A stretch of DNA of 64,000 nucleotides, taken from NCBI GenBank assembly GCA_964372765.1, contig CAYJSE010000001.1:118790-182789 (forward strand), given 5' to 3'. This document shows, piece after piece, positions 41,890 to 50,082 of the stretch. Under the pieces are notes generated by a model. That model was not told where the DNA came from and ran no database searches. It saw only the letters and a program-made list of their open reading frames with translations. The stretch is from an uncultured Planctomycetia bacterium. GTDB taxonomy: Bacteria > Omnitrophota > Gorgyraeia > 2-02-FULL-51-18 > CAYJSE01. The number at the start of each line of letters is the position of its first letter. Position 1 is the first letter of the stretch. The position numbers and the translations under genes are program-made.

Positions 41890-43164
41890 ATGCCAAATAC
41901 AGTGGTTGTCGGTGCTCAATGGGGCGATGAGGGCAAAGGTAAGATCATTGATATCTTGTCCAAAAGCGCCGATTATGTCGTTCGTTATCAAGGTGGCAAC
42001 AACGCGGGCCATACCGTGGTGAACCGGCATGGCCAGTTTGTGCTGCACCTCGTCCCTTCCGGCGCGTTTCATCCGAAGACGCGCTGCGTGATCGGTAACG
42101 GCGTGGTCGTGGATCCCGAGGCGTTGTTAGGAGAGATCCGCAGTTTGCAGGCGAAAGGCATTTCCGTGAAAGGCCGGCTCTTTGTCAGCGAACGCGCGCA
42201 TCTTATTTTTCCGTTTCATAAAATCATCGATCGCCTGCGTGAGGCAAAAAAAGGGGTGGTCAAGATCGGCACCACGGGCCGCGGCATTGGTCCCTGTTAC
42301 AGCGACAAAGCTCAGCGCACCGGCATCCGCGTCGTGGACCTGCTCAACCCGCCGTATTTTCGTAAAAAACTAGAAGAAACGCTGTTAGAAAAAAACGAGA
42401 TTTTTCGCAGGATCTACCGGCACAAGGGTTTTTCGGCCGCTGAACTTTGCAGCCAGTATCTGCGTTTTGGAAAAGCGATACGGCCTTATGTGGCGGATAC
42501 CACGACGCTTTTAAACGAGGCGATCCGCAAGAAACGCTCGATTCTCTTTGAGGGCGCTCAAGGCACGCATCTGGACATCGACCACGGCACCTATCCGTTC
42601 GTGACCTCGAGCTGTGCTACGTCCGGTGGCGCTACCGTCGGCAGCGGGGTGCCGCCCACCGCGATCGATCGCGTGATCGGCGTCGTGAAGGCCTACACCA
42701 CGCGTGTGGGAGAAGGGCCCTTTCCGACGGAGTTTGGGCCTGATCTCATGGATCGCATGCGCAAGAAGGGCAATGAGTTTGGGGCGACGACGGGCCGGCC
42801 CCGGCGCTGCGGTTGGTTTGACGCGGTGCTGGCCCGGTATTCCTGCGTCGTGAACGGCATTTCAGAGATCGCCGTGACGAAGCTCGATGTTTTGGATGAG
42901 TTGGACGCGATCAAGATCTGCGTCGGCTACCGGCATAAAGGACGCGTTTACCGGCAGTTTCCCGCTTCGCTCGAGGTGCTGGGAAACGCGCGGCCCGTTT
43001 ATGAGACCTATGCCGGTTGGAAAAAGGATACCACCCATATCCGGAGCTACCCCAAACTACCCTCTCAAGCCAAGAAGTATCTCCAGCGTTTTTGTGCGCT
43101 TTTGGGGGCGCCGATCACCCTTCTTTCGGTAGGTTCCCATGAAGACCAGACCCTCGCGTTTTAA
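41890..43164 (+). CDS. purA: adenylosuccinate synthetase
   Basis: 'VVVGAQWGDEGKGKIID' P-loop, 424 aa. Confidence 0.95.
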   Translation: MPNTVVVGAQWGDEGKGKIIDILSKSADYVVRYQGGNNAGHTVVNRHGQFVLHLVPSGAFHPKTRCVIGNGVVVDPEALLGEIRSLQAKGISVKGRLFVSERAHLIFPFHKIIDRLREAKKGVVKIGTTGRGIGPCYSDKAQRTGIRVVDLLNPPYFRKKLEETLLEKNEIFRRIYRHKGFSAAELCSQYLRFGKAIRPYVADTTTLLNEAIRKKRSILFEGAQGTHLDIDHGTYPFVTSSCATSGGATVGSGVPPTAIDRVIGVVKAYTTRVGEGPFPTEFGPDLMDRMRKKGNEFGATTGRPRRCGWFDAVLARYSCVVNGISEIAVTKLDVLDELDAIKICVGYRHKGRVYRQFPASLEVLGNARPVYETYAGWKKDTTHIRSYPKLPSQAKKYLQRFCALLGAPITLLSVGSHEDQTLAF

Positions 43165-43858
43165 AAACGACTTGCCCCGGCATGTGGCGATCATCATGGA
43201 CGGCAACGGACGCTGGGCGCTGGCTCACCGGCAGCCCCGCGTCGCGGGCCACCGCGAAGGCGTGGAACGTGTCCGCGAGATCATTGAGGCGTCCGTGGAT
43301 ATCGGCATCCCGATTTTGACGCTCTACGCGTTTAGTCAGGAGAATTGGAAGCGGCCTAAATCCGAAGTCAATTTTCTGATGAAGCTCCTGGGATTTTTTA
43401 TCGATCAGGAAATCAATCGTTTGAATCACGAGGGCGTATGTATCCGCACGCTCGGCCGCATCGAGGAACTGCCAACCGAGACGTTAAAAAAAGTGGAACA
43501 GGCCGTCGGGCGTACCCGGCACAACACAAAGCTCATCCTGAATATCGCGCTGAACTATGGCGCACGGCGTGAGATTCTGGATGCGGTCGAAAAAATAGCG
43601 CGCGAAGGTTTGAACGGCGGACCGCTCACGGAAGAGGCGTTTTCGTCCCGTCTCTACACGGCGTCGCTACCCGATCCGGATCTTTTGATCCGCACGAGCG
43701 GCGAGATGCGCGTTAGCAATTTTCTTTTGTGGCAGATCTCGTACTCCGAAATTTACATCACCAAGAAATTTTGGCCGGATTTTCGTAGGAAAGACTATTT
43801 GAAAGCGATCCGAGAGTATCAGCGCCGCGAGCGGCGGTTTGGGGACGTGGTGGTGTGA
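43139..43858 (+). CDS. uppS: undecaprenyl diphosphate synthase (cis-prenyltransferase)
   Basis: 'HVAIIMDGNGRWA' and 'FSQENWKRP'. Confidence 0.9.
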   Translation: MKTRPSRFKNDLPRHVAIIMDGNGRWALAHRQPRVAGHREGVERVREIIEASVDIGIPILTLYAFSQENWKRPKSEVNFLMKLLGFFIDQEINRLNHEGVCIRTLGRIEELPTETLKKVEQAVGRTRHNTKLILNIALNYGARREILDAVEKIAREGLNGGPLTEEAFSSRLYTASLPDPDLLIRTSGEMRVSNFLLWQISYSEIYITKKFWPDFRRKDYLKAIREYQRRERRFGDVVV

Positions 43859-44670
43859 GCATCCAAAGACTTTTGGAGCGCGTGGGGACCAGCGTCGTGC
43901 TTTTGGGCGGGACCGCCCTCGTCTTGTTTCGGGCGGACGCGTTCTGGTTCGGCATGGAAGTGGCGCTTTTCTCAGGCGCGGCGCTGTATGAATTTCTAAC
44001 GCTGCTCAAAAAACGCGGCATCTTTGTGTATCGCCTTTTTGGTCTGACGATGGGTCTCATCATTCCGGTGATCGCGACGATTGGTTTCGGGTTTACGCAG
44101 TCGGGGGAGGTGCTGTTTATCGTTCTGGGGTGCCTTTTTTTGTTTATCCTTCAATTTTTTAGAAAGGATAATTCCGAGGCGCTGCTCGGGATCAGTCTGA
44201 CGCTTTTCGGGATCCTGTATGTGAGCTGGTTTTTAAGTTTTGTGATTAAGCTACGTTTTTTAAATGACGGCGCTCTTTGGGTCGCGTACCTCGTGCTGGT
44301 CACAAAGTCCACGGATGTGGGAGCGTATCTCGTAGGCACGGTATTTGGAAAGCATAGCTTGATCGCGCACATCAGCCCCAAAAAGTCCGTCGAGGGGACG
44401 TTGGCGGGACTTGTTTTTAGCACGGGGGCGTCGCTTCTCGTCAATCCATGGCTACCGGAGCCTTTTGGAATCTGGCACGCGGGACTCTTGGGTCTTTTTT
44501 TGGGAACCCTGGGGCAGATCGGGGATCTTTCGGAGTCGCTCATGAAACGCTTTTGCGAGGCGAAAGACTCAAGCCAGGTTTTTCCCGGCATGGGGGGTGT
44601 GCTGGACACAATCGACAGCATCCTTTTTACCGCGCCGATTTTTTACTATCACTTGAGGCTGTATTTATGA
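43855..44670 (+). CDS. cdsA: phosphatidate cytidylyltransferase
   Basis: Polytopic membrane protein with the C-terminal CTP-transferase signature 'SxxKRxxxxKDxxxxxPGHGGxxDRxD' ('SESLMKRFCEAKDSSQVFPGMGGVLDTIDS'). GTG start. Confidence 0.8.
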   Translation: MSIQRLLERVGTSVVLLGGTALVLFRADAFWFGMEVALFSGAALYEFLTLLKKRGIFVYRLFGLTMGLIIPVIATIGFGFTQSGEVLFIVLGCLFLFILQFFRKDNSEALLGISLTLFGILYVSWFLSFVIKLRFLNDGALWVAYLVLVTKSTDVGAYLVGTVFGKHSLIAHISPKKSVEGTLAGLVFSTGASLLVNPWLPEPFGIWHAGLLGLFLGTLGQIGDLSESLMKRFCEAKDSSQVFPGMGGVLDTIDSILFTAPIFYYHLRLYL

Positions 44671-45827
44671 GGAAGACGGTCACGATTTTAGGCTCCACGG
44701 GATCGGTGGGGGTGAACACACTTCGCGTGATTGAGGAGCATCCAGAGCATTTTCAAGTCACGGGTTTGGCGGTCGCCTCCAATATCGAGCGGCTGGCGGC
44801 CCAAATCGAGCGGTTTTCGCCGCGCGCGGTCTATATCGAAAACCCGGATTCCGTGGCGAGGTTGGCGGCCTTAGGCCCCCGGAATTTTAGGATTTTTACG
44901 CCCGACGAAGGTCTGGAGGAGTTTGTCCGTTTTCTCGGCGCCGATATTTTGGTGGCGGCTTCCAGCGGTACGCATTCATTGGGAGCGGTGCTGGACACTT
45001 TGCGCGCCGGTAAGAAAGTGGCACTTGCCAATAAAGAGGTGCTCGTGGTTGCGGGTGGGCTGATCATGGACGCACTGCGTGAAAACCCGCGCGCAGCGCT
45101 CGTCCCGGTGGACAGCGAACACAGCGCCATTTTTCAGTGTCTCGAGGGCGCTTCTATCGAGGAGGTGGAGCGGCTTGTGCTCACCGGTTCCGGCGGACCA
45201 TTGGCCGGAATCCCCAAAGAAAATTTCAGAGGCATTTCTAAAGAAGTCGTGATCAACCATCCCAAATGGAAAATGGGGCAGAAGATCTCGGTGGACTCGG
45301 CGACGATGATGAATAAGGGTCTCGAGATCATCGAGGCCTCGTGGCTTTTTGGGATACCGATTGAGCGTGTGGCCATCCTGATTCACCCGGAGGCGATCAT
45401 TCATTCGATGGTGGAGTTTTGCGATGGCTCGGTGCTGGCCCAGATGGGCGTTACTGACATGCGCCTGCCGATTCAATACGCGCTGTCGTACCCCGCGCGA
45501 CTACCCGCGCCCAGCTCGATGAAGCTGGATCTGGCCGCCGTGGGCCGACTGACGTTTTACAAACCGGATTTGAAAAAGTTTCCGTGTCTTGAAATCGCCT
45601 ACGAGGCCGCTAGCCGTTCGGGCAGCGCGCCTTGTGTTTTGAGCGCCGCCGACGAAGAGGTGGTGGGCGCGTTCCTGCAGGATAAGATTGATTTTTTGGA
45701 GATTCCAAGCATAATCGAGAAAGTGTTGTCGCGGCATCGGCATGTGGCGGAGCCGGATTTGGGTGAAATCCGCTTAATTTACGATTGGGCCAGGGAAGAG
45801 GCGAGGAGATTATGTCAGGCGCATTAG
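44667..45827 (+). CDS. dxr: 1-deoxy-D-xylulose 5-phosphate reductoisomerase
   Basis: 'VTILGSTGSVGVNTL'. Internal ATG at 44667 overlaps the cdsA stop (ATGA). Confidence 0.9.
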   Translation: MRKTVTILGSTGSVGVNTLRVIEEHPEHFQVTGLAVASNIERLAAQIERFSPRAVYIENPDSVARLAALGPRNFRIFTPDEGLEEFVRFLGADILVAASSGTHSLGAVLDTLRAGKKVALANKEVLVVAGGLIMDALRENPRAALVPVDSEHSAIFQCLEGASIEEVERLVLTGSGGPLAGIPKENFRGISKEVVINHPKWKMGQKISVDSATMMNKGLEIIEASWLFGIPIERVAILIHPEAIIHSMVEFCDGSVLAQMGVTDMRLPIQYALSYPARLPAPSSMKLDLAAVGRLTFYKPDLKKFPCLEIAYEAASRSGSAPCVLSAADEEVVGAFLQDKIDFLEIPSIIEKVLSRHRHVAEPDLGEIRLIYDWAREEARRLCQAH

Positions 45828-46894
45828 TGTTTATCGCGGTGTTGAGCGTTCTGGTGGTCGTGCACGAGTTCGGGCACTTTATCGTGGCGCGGCTCTACGG
45901 CATCCGCGTGGAAAAGTTTTCGATCGGTTTTGGGCCCGTTATTTTTCGTAAAAGGGCCGGAGAGACGGAGTACTGTTTTTCGGTATTGCCGTTTGGCGGG
46001 TTTGTGAAATTGGCCGGCGAGAGTGAGGGAGAATCGAGGGGTAACCCCTGGGAGTTTACGGCTAAACCGCTCGCGCAGAAGTTTCTTGTCGTATTGGCGG
46101 GACCGATCATGAACGCCTTTTTGGCCGTCGTGCTTTTCTTCATTGTTTTTTTGTGGGGACAGCCGCTACTCACGACGCGTGTGGGCAAGGTGATGGACTC
46201 GAGTCCCGCGAAGGCGGCCGGGATTCTCGAAAATGACCGCATCACGAGCGTCGACGGCAAGGCGGTGCAGTATTGGGAGGACGTGCTGGAGGCGATCCAA
46301 AGCGATTCGGATGGCGAGCTTGTCTTGAGCGTGGAGCGGGGAGAAGAGACGTTATCCGTTACGGTCACCGCGAACCAGAAAGATGGGCTAGACACGACGA
46401 CAGGTCAAAAGAAAAAGATTTCCTTTATCGGTGTCGCGCCGTCGAGCGAGCTCGTTTACCTGCGCCACGGGATTTTTCAGGCGCTGTATCTAGCCGTGGA
46501 ACGCGTGTGGCTTATGACAGTGCTTATTTTTCATTCGCTGTGGCTCATGATCACGGGATCGCTTCCTTTTAAGGAATCGATGACGGGACCCATCGGCATC
46601 TATTTCCTCACCCAGCAGGCGGCGCAGGTGGGGGTGTACTACCTTTTATATTTTACGGGCTCTTTAAGCGTCAGTCTTTTTGTGCTGAATCTCCTGCCGA
46701 TTCCGGTGCTGGACGGAGGACATCTGCTTTTCTTTGCGGTGGAAAAAATCAAAGGCTCGCCACTCAAAGATATCGTGAAGGAGCGTATGACACAAGTCGG
46801 CCTCGTGGCGCTTCTATCGCTGATGGCTTTTGTGATCGTCCAGGACCTCCACCGCTTCTCCATTCTTGATAATATCCGCAAGCTATTTGGCTAG
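45812..46894 (+). CDS. rseP: RIP zinc metalloprotease RseP (site-2 protease) with PDZ domain
   Basis: 'HEFGHF' HExxH in the first transmembrane helix, a PDZ domain, and the 'LDGG' motif. Confidence 0.85.
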   Translation: MSGALVFIAVLSVLVVVHEFGHFIVARLYGIRVEKFSIGFGPVIFRKRAGETEYCFSVLPFGGFVKLAGESEGESRGNPWEFTAKPLAQKFLVVLAGPIMNAFLAVVLFFIVFLWGQPLLTTRVGKVMDSSPAKAAGILENDRITSVDGKAVQYWEDVLEAIQSDSDGELVLSVERGEETLSVTVTANQKDGLDTTTGQKKKISFIGVAPSSELVYLRHGIFQALYLAVERVWLMTVLIFHSLWLMITGSLPFKESMTGPIGIYFLTQQAAQVGVYYLLYFTGSLSVSLFVLNLLPIPVLDGGHLLFFAVEKIKGSPLKDIVKERMTQVGLVALLSLMAFVIVQDLHRFSILDNIRKLFG

Positions 46895-46980
46895 AATAAA
46901 TCGCGTTTTGTCTTTGCATTATCCTTACCCATCGCGTGATTTCGCGGAGGTGCGGAATTCCCAAGTTTTAGTTCAGGGTC

Positions 46981-47019
46981 TTGAAAATTGATAACAGATA
47001 TGTTATCATTTGAATGGAG
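46981..47019 (+). promoter_or_regulatory. putative promoter (TTGAAA-17-TATCAT) with an overlapping operator-like inverted repeat TGATAACA-gata-TGTTATCA and an RBS (GGAG) for the toxin gene
   Basis: -35 at 46981-46986, -10 at 47004-47009. Inverted-repeat arms at 46989-46996 and 47001-47008. GGAG at 47016-47019, 7 nt before the TTG at 47027. Confidence 0.45.
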
Positions 47020-47026
47020 CAAATAA

Positions 47027-47368
47027 TTGCTTGAAATTCTCTACTATCCTGATGGAGATAGTGGCTCGGTCAGAGACTATTTGACGCAGCTAGCTAAAGA
47101 TAGGCCAAAGGCTTTTGCGAAGTTAGTATTAGATTTGGAAGTGCTCGGAGCCCAAGGGTTACAGTCTCAGCAGATTATTATTCGAAACCTTGGAAGCAAA
47201 TTGTGGGAATTGAAGCGACTGTACGACGGTGTTCAGTACCGATTGATTTTTGGTGTTTGGGCCGGAGCGGTCTGGCTTCTGCACCCCATCGAGAAAAAGG
47301 GTAAAAAAACACCAAAAAGTGATTTAGAATTGGCTCGCAAAAGGTTAAGGGAGGTTATAGCGCGATGA
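47027..47368 (+). CDS. type II toxin, HigB-like / phage Gp49-like (RelE/ParE superfamily)
   Basis: 113 aa. C-terminal 'LHPIEKKGKKTPKSDLELARKRL' matches the Gp49/HigB-family 'hgF.KKtqKTPkkei..A..r' signature. Located directly upstream of, and overlapping, an HTH gene. TTG start. Confidence 0.65.
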   Translation: MLEILYYPDGDSGSVRDYLTQLAKDRPKAFAKLVLDLEVLGAQGLQSQQIIIRNLGSKLWELKRLYDGVQYRLIFGVWAGAVWLLHPIEKKGKKTPKSDLELARKRLREVIAR

Positions 47369-47667
47369 GAGGATTTGATAAGCATCTTCAGGAGTTATTG
47401 GCCGCACACCCAGAAGCGGCATTGGAACACACAAAATTATTTGCCGAACTGCCGCTCTCGGCGCAATTGGCAGTCATGCGCCGTCGCCGGAAACTTTCCC
47501 AGCGCGCTCTCGCCAAAAAACTAAAGGTTCGGCAGCCGCATGTGGCCCGCACAGAAAGCCTGAAGCACGACCCGCGTATTTCCTCCATTGTGAAGGCTGC
47601 TAAAGCCGTTCACTGTCACGTGTTGCTTGTGCCCGATGAAGACCTAGGCCGCATTGCCGCCGCATGA
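47365..47667 (+). CDS. HTH XRE-family antitoxin (HigA-like)
   Basis: 100 aa. HTH 'LSQRALAKKLKVRQPHVARTE'. 4-nt overlap with the toxin gene. Confidence 0.65.
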   Translation: MRGFDKHLQELLAAHPEAALEHTKLFAELPLSAQLAVMRRRRKLSQRALAKKLKVRQPHVARTESLKHDPRISSIVKAAKAVHCHVLLVPDEDLGRIAAA

Positions 47668-47754
47668 GCAAAAACCAGTTGCAGTCAAGGAAAGACCCCT
47701 ATTCTTCAGACGCAAAGGAAGAGAGGTCATGATTCTATCTGACGCTCTTGCAAC

Positions 47755-49122
47755 ATGACAACAGCTAAAATGGATCTGCTCGGCTATTCTACGGCAACGC
47801 TTAATAAAATTGCCCAAAAGCCCGTTAAAGAAAATAACAAGCTACGCATGGAAGATTATTCCGGCCATGACTGGTACCGATTTGTGCTGTCTTTTCCACC
47901 GCATTTGGTACGTGATTATATTAAGCGGTTTGGCATGGACTCTAGTCAGACTGTTCTGGATCCTTTCTGTGGTACTGGAACTACGCTGGTCGAGTGTAAA
48001 AAAAGCGGTGTTCCAAGTATGGGGATTGAATCTAATCCTGTGGCCTGTTTTGCCAGTCGAATCAAGGTAGATTGGCGTCGAGATTCTGGCGGCCTTTTAA
48101 ATCACGCGCATAAAATTGCCGAACTTACAGTTAAAAAACTTCAAGCGGAAGGCATCGATGATACAAACGGGTTGCCATTGTTTCATAATGGCCATAAAAC
48201 AGCTTTAAAGTTAAGAACGATATCGGCAGATACTTGGAAGTTACTTTTAAAAGACTCAATCAGTCCATTGCCTCTACACAAGACGTTGGTATTGTTGGAG
48301 GTATTGGAGGATCAAAAAGACGAGCGATTTTACTCCCATGAGCGGCTGGCTCTTGCCAAGGCAATTGTTTTTGGAATCAGTAATCTACACTTTGGGCCCG
48401 AAGTCGGAATCGGCCCGGCCAAACCAGATGCACCCGTAGTTGAAACATGGCTTGAGGGCATTCGGCGGATGGCTGATGATTTAAGGAAATTACGATCTAA
48501 AGCAGATACAAAAGCTATTGTTTATCACGCCGACTCACGGAGCTTGACCAGCGTTCTTAAGCCCAATTCGGTGGATGCGGTTATAACATCGCCGCCCTAC
48601 CCTAATGAAAAAGATTATACTCGAACGACACGTCTTGAATCAGTGCTCTTGGGGTTCGTGCGTAACAAGGAAGATTTGCGTTTCATCAAACGAAATCTAG
48701 TCCGGTCAAATACCCGAAGCGTTTACAAAAGCGACGAAGATGATCTTTTGGTATCAGAAAACAAGGAAATAAATCGAATCGCTGATGCTATCGAGAAGCG
48801 TCGAATTGAACTGGGTAAAACATCGGGTTTTGAACGCATGTATGCAAGAGTGACAAAACTGTATTTCGGGGGGATGGCTCGCCATTTATCCGATCTCCGC
48901 ACGGTGTTGCGGCCGGGTGCTCAATTAGCTTATGTTGTGGGAGACCAAGCCTCGTATTTACGAGTGATGATCCGCACCGGACAACTTCTAGCCGATATTG
49001 CTCGGTCGCTTGGTTATGAGGTAATCGGCATTGATTTATTCCGTACTCGATTAGCGACGGCAACGAAAGAGCAGCTTCGTGAGGAAGTCGTTCTCCTTCG
49101 CTGGCCTGGAAAAAGAACTTAA
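47755..49122 (+). CDS. DNA methyltransferase (N6-adenine/N4-cytosine class; AdoMet motif then TRD then SPPY catalytic motif)
   Basis: 'VLDPFCGTGTTLVECKKSGVPSMGIESNP' (AdoMet-binding FxGxG region) near the N-terminus, and 'ITSPPYPNEKDY' (motif IV SPPY) about 200 aa later. Lower-GC codon usage than the flanking genes. Confidence 0.8.
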   Translation: MTTAKMDLLGYSTATLNKIAQKPVKENNKLRMEDYSGHDWYRFVLSFPPHLVRDYIKRFGMDSSQTVLDPFCGTGTTLVECKKSGVPSMGIESNPVACFASRIKVDWRRDSGGLLNHAHKIAELTVKKLQAEGIDDTNGLPLFHNGHKTALKLRTISADTWKLLLKDSISPLPLHKTLVLLEVLEDQKDERFYSHERLALAKAIVFGISNLHFGPEVGIGPAKPDAPVVETWLEGIRRMADDLRKLRSKADTKAIVYHADSRSLTSVLKPNSVDAVITSPPYPNEKDYTRTTRLESVLLGFVRNKEDLRFIKRNLVRSNTRSVYKSDEDDLLVSENKEINRIADAIEKRRIELGKTSGFERMYARVTKLYFGGMARHLSDLRTVLRPGAQLAYVVGDQASYLRVMIRTGQLLADIARSLGYEVIGIDLFRTRLATATKEQLREEVVLLRWPGKRT

Positions 49123-49136
49123 AGCAAAGGACAATC

Positions 49137-49937
49137 ATGCGCCAACCAAATGTATATACTCAAATCATCGAAAAAATATTTTTATCGAAATTTAAACGTG
49201 GAATACGGGAAGTGGATTTTGAGCGTGAAGACATTGTCAAGTTTGGTAATAAGTTCAAAATAGTTCTGCCTAAGAATCTTGGTGATTTAATCTATACTTT
49301 TCGCTACCGAGCAGTCATGCCAAAAAGCATACAATCCAAAGCTGGCAAGGGCGAAGTGTGGATTATCCGGCCGGTCGGCCGCGCCAAGTATCGCTTTGTT
49401 TTAGCGCCTGACAAATCTTTGGTTCCCAATAAAAGTATGACTACGACAAAGGTTCCTGATTCAACGCCGGGCATTGTTGCCAAGTATGCTTTTAACGATG
49501 AACAGGCGCTTCTTGCCAAGGTACGGTACAACCGACTGATAGACATTTTCACGGGTGTCACTTGCTATTCACTTCAAAACCATTTACGCACGACTGTTAC
49601 CACCATGGGTCAGGTCGAGACGGATGAAATTTACGTTGGCGTAGACAAGAAAGGCGTTCATTATGCTTTTCCAATTCAAGCCAAGGGTGGCACTGATAAG
49701 CTTAGTATTGTGCAGATTGAACAGGATTTTGCTGTCTGTGCCCATAAATTTCCGTTATTGATCTGCCGGCCGGTGGCCGCACAATTTATGAGCGATTGCA
49801 CCATTGCCCTTTTTGAGTTTGAGCAAAGTGAAAATGGCGTTGGCATCACGTCGGAAAAACATTATAAACTGGTCCCGCCCGAAGAAGTGACGGAAGCCGA
49901 TTTAAACAATTCTCGCGGCCGGGTATCCGATAAATAA
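49137..49937 (+). CDS. hypothetical 266-aa protein, candidate restriction endonuclease / effector partner of the methyltransferase
   Basis: No family recognised. Possible degenerate PD-(D/E)xK-like core (E161/D163...D170...Q181-A-K183). Good RBS (AAGGA) 5 nt upstream. Lies 14 nt downstream of the MTase in the same low-GC islet. Confidence 0.4.
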   Translation: MRQPNVYTQIIEKIFLSKFKRGIREVDFEREDIVKFGNKFKIVLPKNLGDLIYTFRYRAVMPKSIQSKAGKGEVWIIRPVGRAKYRFVLAPDKSLVPNKSMTTTKVPDSTPGIVAKYAFNDEQALLAKVRYNRLIDIFTGVTCYSLQNHLRTTVTTMGQVETDEIYVGVDKKGVHYAFPIQAKGGTDKLSIVQIEQDFAVCAHKFPLLICRPVAAQFMSDCTIALFEFEQSENGVGITSEKHYKLVPPEEVTEADLNNSRGRVSDK

Positions 49938-50020
49938 TAGACGTAGACGGGTCAAATCTCTCTTTGACTTCATGTGATTTTGATCGGATGTTGTGGCGAA
50001 CGGGTGATGCGAGGCGGGTA

Positions 50021-50065
50021 GATTTTGACGAAGGCTGCCCGCCGGCAGGACCCCGAGTCAAAATC
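50021..50065 (+). repeat. nested hairpin element: 9-bp inverted repeat GATTTTGAC/GTCAAAATC enclosing a conserved 21-nt motif GGCTGCCCGCCGGCAGGACCC, which itself forms a CTGCC-cgcc-GGCAG stem-loop
   Basis: Outer arms at 50021-50029 and 50057-50065. Inner motif at 50033-50053. The same 21-mer recurs at 62215-62235. Confidence 0.45.
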
Positions 50066-50082
50066 CATGATAAGGAAAATTT

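Noticed and set aside
46921-46960. Short CGCG...CGCG inverted repeat downstream of rseP (cgcgtgatttcgcg), considered as a terminator or island boundary repeat
   Set aside because: Only 4-bp arms and no T-tract. No matching sequence at the right boundary of the islet.
49846-50061. 71-aa minus-strand ORF overlapping the islet's right junction and the nested-hairpin element
   Set aside because: No RBS or domain. It overlaps the 3' end of the 266-aa gene antisense and is probably spurious, although it would be worth a second look if the hairpin element proved to be transcribed on the minus strand.
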